From Candidatus Woesearchaeota archaeon (GTDB lineage Archaea > Nanobdellota > Nanobdellia > Woesearchaeales > UBA10216): 64,000 nt of DNA. The stretch lies in contig JACPBS010000007.1 in the NCBI GenBank assembly GCA_016180195.1, positions 9,104-73,103 on the forward strand. Reading direction: 5' to 3'. Positions 61,961 to 64,000 of this stretch are shown here, piece by piece; positions within the stretch are counted from its first letter, which is position 1, and the number at the start of each line of letters is the position of its first letter. The translations under genes and the position numbers were made by a program. The notes below the pieces were generated by a model that had not been told where the DNA came from, did no database searches, and saw only the letters and a program-made list of their open reading frames with translations.

Positions 61961-62773
61961 TCAGGGAGCATCCGTAGGGTCCCAGCAGGTCCTAAGGTTC
62001 TCGTTGAATCCGTCAAGAACAGCCATGTCCGCGCTGCTTATGATGAAATCAAACACATCCGCATTCTCAGCTATCCTATCTTCCCGGACAGATTTCGGGA
62101 GAACAACAAGCCCTTTCTGCAGGCACCATCTTACAAGAAGCTGGGCAGGGCTCTTTCCATACCTTGCCGCTAACGCGACAAGCCGGGGATCACTCAACCT
62201 TGCACCATGGGTAAGAGGGCTGTATGCCTCAACTAAAATGCCCTTCTTCGTGCAGAAATCAATCAGGTCCATCTGGTAAAGATAAGGATGCAACTCAACC
62301 TGATTGACAGCAGGCACAACACCCGCAATATCCAAAAGGCCTGAAAGATGCCTGACTGTAAAATTGCTGACCCCAATTGACCTGCACTTTCCCCTGCTAT
62401 GAAGAGCCTCAAGAATTTTCCAGGAAGCATTGCGCTGAGGAACAGGGAAATGGATAAGGTAAAGATCAACATAATCCATCCCAAGCCTTCTCAAGCTATC
62501 CTCAAGCGCTCGCACAGGATCATCATGGTGATCATTCCAAAGCTTTGTAGTTACAAAAATTTCCTCCCTTGGAATGCCGCTCTTCCTGATCGCACTACCC
62601 ACACCGGACTCGTTGCCATAAATGGCAGCTGTATCAATATGGCGGTAACCTGCATTCAAAGCAGCAAGAACAGCCCGCTCACAAACCTTACTATCAGCAA
62701 TCTGCCAGGTACCGAATCCGAGAAGAGGGATTTTCACACCGTTATTCAGCTTAACAGTTGAATCAATTTGCAT
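61961..62773 (-). CDS. aldo/keto reductase (AKR, 2,5-diketo-D-gluconate reductase-like)
   Basis: LGFGTW...GYRHIDTAAIYGNE, IFVTTKLW and other AKR catalytic tetrad context. 270 aa. Confidence 0.85.
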   Translation of the reverse strand: MQIDSTVKLNNGVKIPLLGFGTWQIADSKVCERAVLAALNAGYRHIDTAAIYGNESGVGSAIRKSGIPREEIFVTTKLWNDHHDDPVRALEDSLRRLGMDYVDLYLIHFPVPQRNASWKILEALHSRGKCRSIGVSNFTVRHLSGLLDIAGVVPAVNQVELHPYLYQMDLIDFCTKKGILVEAYSPLTHGARLSDPRLVALAARYGKSPAQLLVRWCLQKGLVVLPKSVREDRIAENADVFDFIISSADMAVLDGFNENLRTCWDPTDAP

Positions 62774-62847
62774 TACATGTAAGCAGGCGGCATATTATAA
62801 AAAAGTTGTCAGTCAAATATTTAAAGTCACCAAGAAGACCGATTACA

Positions 62848-63462
62848 ATGATAAAGGCAGTGATATTTGACTTTGATGGAGTCATACATGACACATTGGA
62901 GCTCGCATACCGCATAAATACAGAGCTTCTCGGAGAGAAAGTTACAATAGCCGAATACAAGGACATGTTCAACGGCAACATATATGAAAACCCGAAGATA
63001 ACTCCTGAAAGAACCAGAAAATTCTTCGAGATGCAGATAGAGGAATTCAACAACCTGAAAATGGAAGAGGAAATAAAAAACGAGCTAATGAAAATAAATG
63101 AGGAATACCCCATGTTCATAATTTCATCGAACAAGGCAGAAACAATAAACAGCTATTTTGAATCTAACAACTTCCTGGGGAAATTCAAGGAAATCCTTGG
63201 GCTCGAAACCCACAAGTCAAAAGAGGAAAAATTCAAGATGTTGCTCAAAAATCACGGGCTTGAGAAAAAGGAATGCCTATTTATCACGGACACACTGGGG
63301 GACATACTGGAAGCAAACAGGATAGGGATAAGGACCATAGCGGTGGATTTCGGATTTCACGAAAGGGAAAGGCTTGAAAAAGGGAACCCCCTGCTCATAG
63401 TATCCCGCTTCACCGAAATACTGCCTGCGATCAAGAGAATAAGTCACTCAGGCTCAATATGA
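62848..63462 (+). CDS. HAD-superfamily hydrolase (beta-phosphoglucomutase/phosphoglycolate phosphatase subfamily)
   Basis: Motif I VIFDFDGVIHDT, and later ITDTLGDILEANRIGIRTIAVDFG (motifs III/IV). The start was set at the ATG at 62848. Confidence 0.7.
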   Translation: MIKAVIFDFDGVIHDTLELAYRINTELLGEKVTIAEYKDMFNGNIYENPKITPERTRKFFEMQIEEFNNLKMEEEIKNELMKINEEYPMFIISSNKAETINSYFESNNFLGKFKEILGLETHKSKEEKFKMLLKNHGLEKKECLFITDTLGDILEANRIGIRTIAVDFGFHERERLEKGNPLLIVSRFTEILPAIKRISHSGSI

Positions 63463-64000
63463 ATCGTGACATATTTTAATTCAGGAACCCTCTCTTTCAG
63501 TTCCTTCTTGATCTCCGCGGAAATGGAATGGGCCCTGACAATGCTCATCCTCTTGGGAACATGGATGTGAAATTCAAGAAAAATCCGGCTCCCACCCATC
63601 CTGGCCCTTAACTTATGATAGCGCACAATCTTATTTTCCCCAACAGCCCTATCCAGCACCTGCCTGATCTTACCGACCTTTCCGCTTTCAGGACTGAAAT
63701 CCATGAAAACAAAAAAAGACCTCTTCAGAAGGCCCCAAGCTAAATAAAGCATTATCAGGCCGACAGCAAAAGCAGCCAAAGGGTCGCCAAAAGCAAAGCC
63801 AAGCTCTGCCATAAGGAAGCCCGCCAAGACAGAAAGAGACCCGAGAACATCAGTGGAAAAATGAGCAGAGTCAGCTTCCAGCGCATGGCTCCCTCCTTCC
63901 TCCCTGGCAACCCTCAAAAGATACCTTGAGGTAAAAAATGCAACAAACATTGACACAACAATAAACACGATCCCAACTTTGGTATTCGAGATCTGAACAG
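63444..64000 (-). CDS. cation diffusion facilitator (CDF) family metal efflux protein, 3' portion (gene continues beyond window end)
   Basis: The C-terminal cytoplasmic domain (HIHVPKRMSIVRAHSISAEIKKELKERVPELKYVTIHIEPE) and upstream TM helices with HFSTDVLGSL are typical of CDF transporters. Confidence 0.7.
   Translation of the reverse strand, partial: VQISNTKVGIVFIVVSMFVAFFTSRYLLRVAREEGGSHALEADSAHFSTDVLGSLSVLAGFLMAELGFAFGDPLAAFAVGLIMLYLAWGLLKRSFFVFMDFSPESGKVGKIRQVLDRAVGENKIVRYHKLRARMGGSRIFLEFHIHVPKRMSIVRAHSISAEIKKELKERVPELKYVTIHIEPE

Overview
This 64 kb window is a dense archaeal chromosomal segment, probably from an uncultivated DPANN-like or other small-genome archaeon. The GC content is about 45% and many proteins are compact. 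Clearly archaeal markers include aIF5A with the hypusine GKHGHAK motif, aRF1 (NIKS and GGQ), aIF5B, aEF1-beta, L37ae, L40e, RpoP, Pcc1, prefoldin beta, Trm1, RtcA, DRG GTPase, AglB and geranylgeranyl reductase. The left third (1-30 kb) is housekeeping and includes a fragment of the exosome-superoperon neighbourhood (L37ae-RpoP-Pcc1-PfdB-UPF0147). The middle (30.9-54.4 kb) is a minus-strand island of giant, extremely N-glycosylation-sequon-rich surface proteins. Two of them are subtilisin-related and several share a C-proximal domain, and the island ends in a large Cys-rich repeat gene broken by frame disruptions. The right end (56-63 kb) carries the matching N-glycosylation and lipid toolkit: geranylgeranyl reductase (GGR), an AglB oligosaccharyltransferase unusually fused to a C-terminal FKBP domain, a DPM-like GT2 and a DUF2304-like membrane protein. 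There are two tRNA loci with multiple introns: a well-supported tRNA-Pro(UGG) with two introns, and a tRNA-like gene that needs three or more introns. The supplied ORF track misses at least four short genes: L40e, RpoP, a Zn-ribbon gene next to EF1B, and a 56-aa coiled-coil paralog. The track also starts several ORFs too far upstream. Other points of interest are a tandem pair of ExeA/MshM-like AAA+ ATPases beside a duplicated Cys-rich membrane protein, a fold-type-II PLP enzyme homolog lacking the Schiff-base lysine, a ChlI-like ATPase + VWA + metallophosphoesterase trio, and a DUF460 (RNase H-like) - membrane-anchored wHTH - Met/Asn-rich peptide operon. No CRISPR array, transposase, integrase or rRNA was seen.
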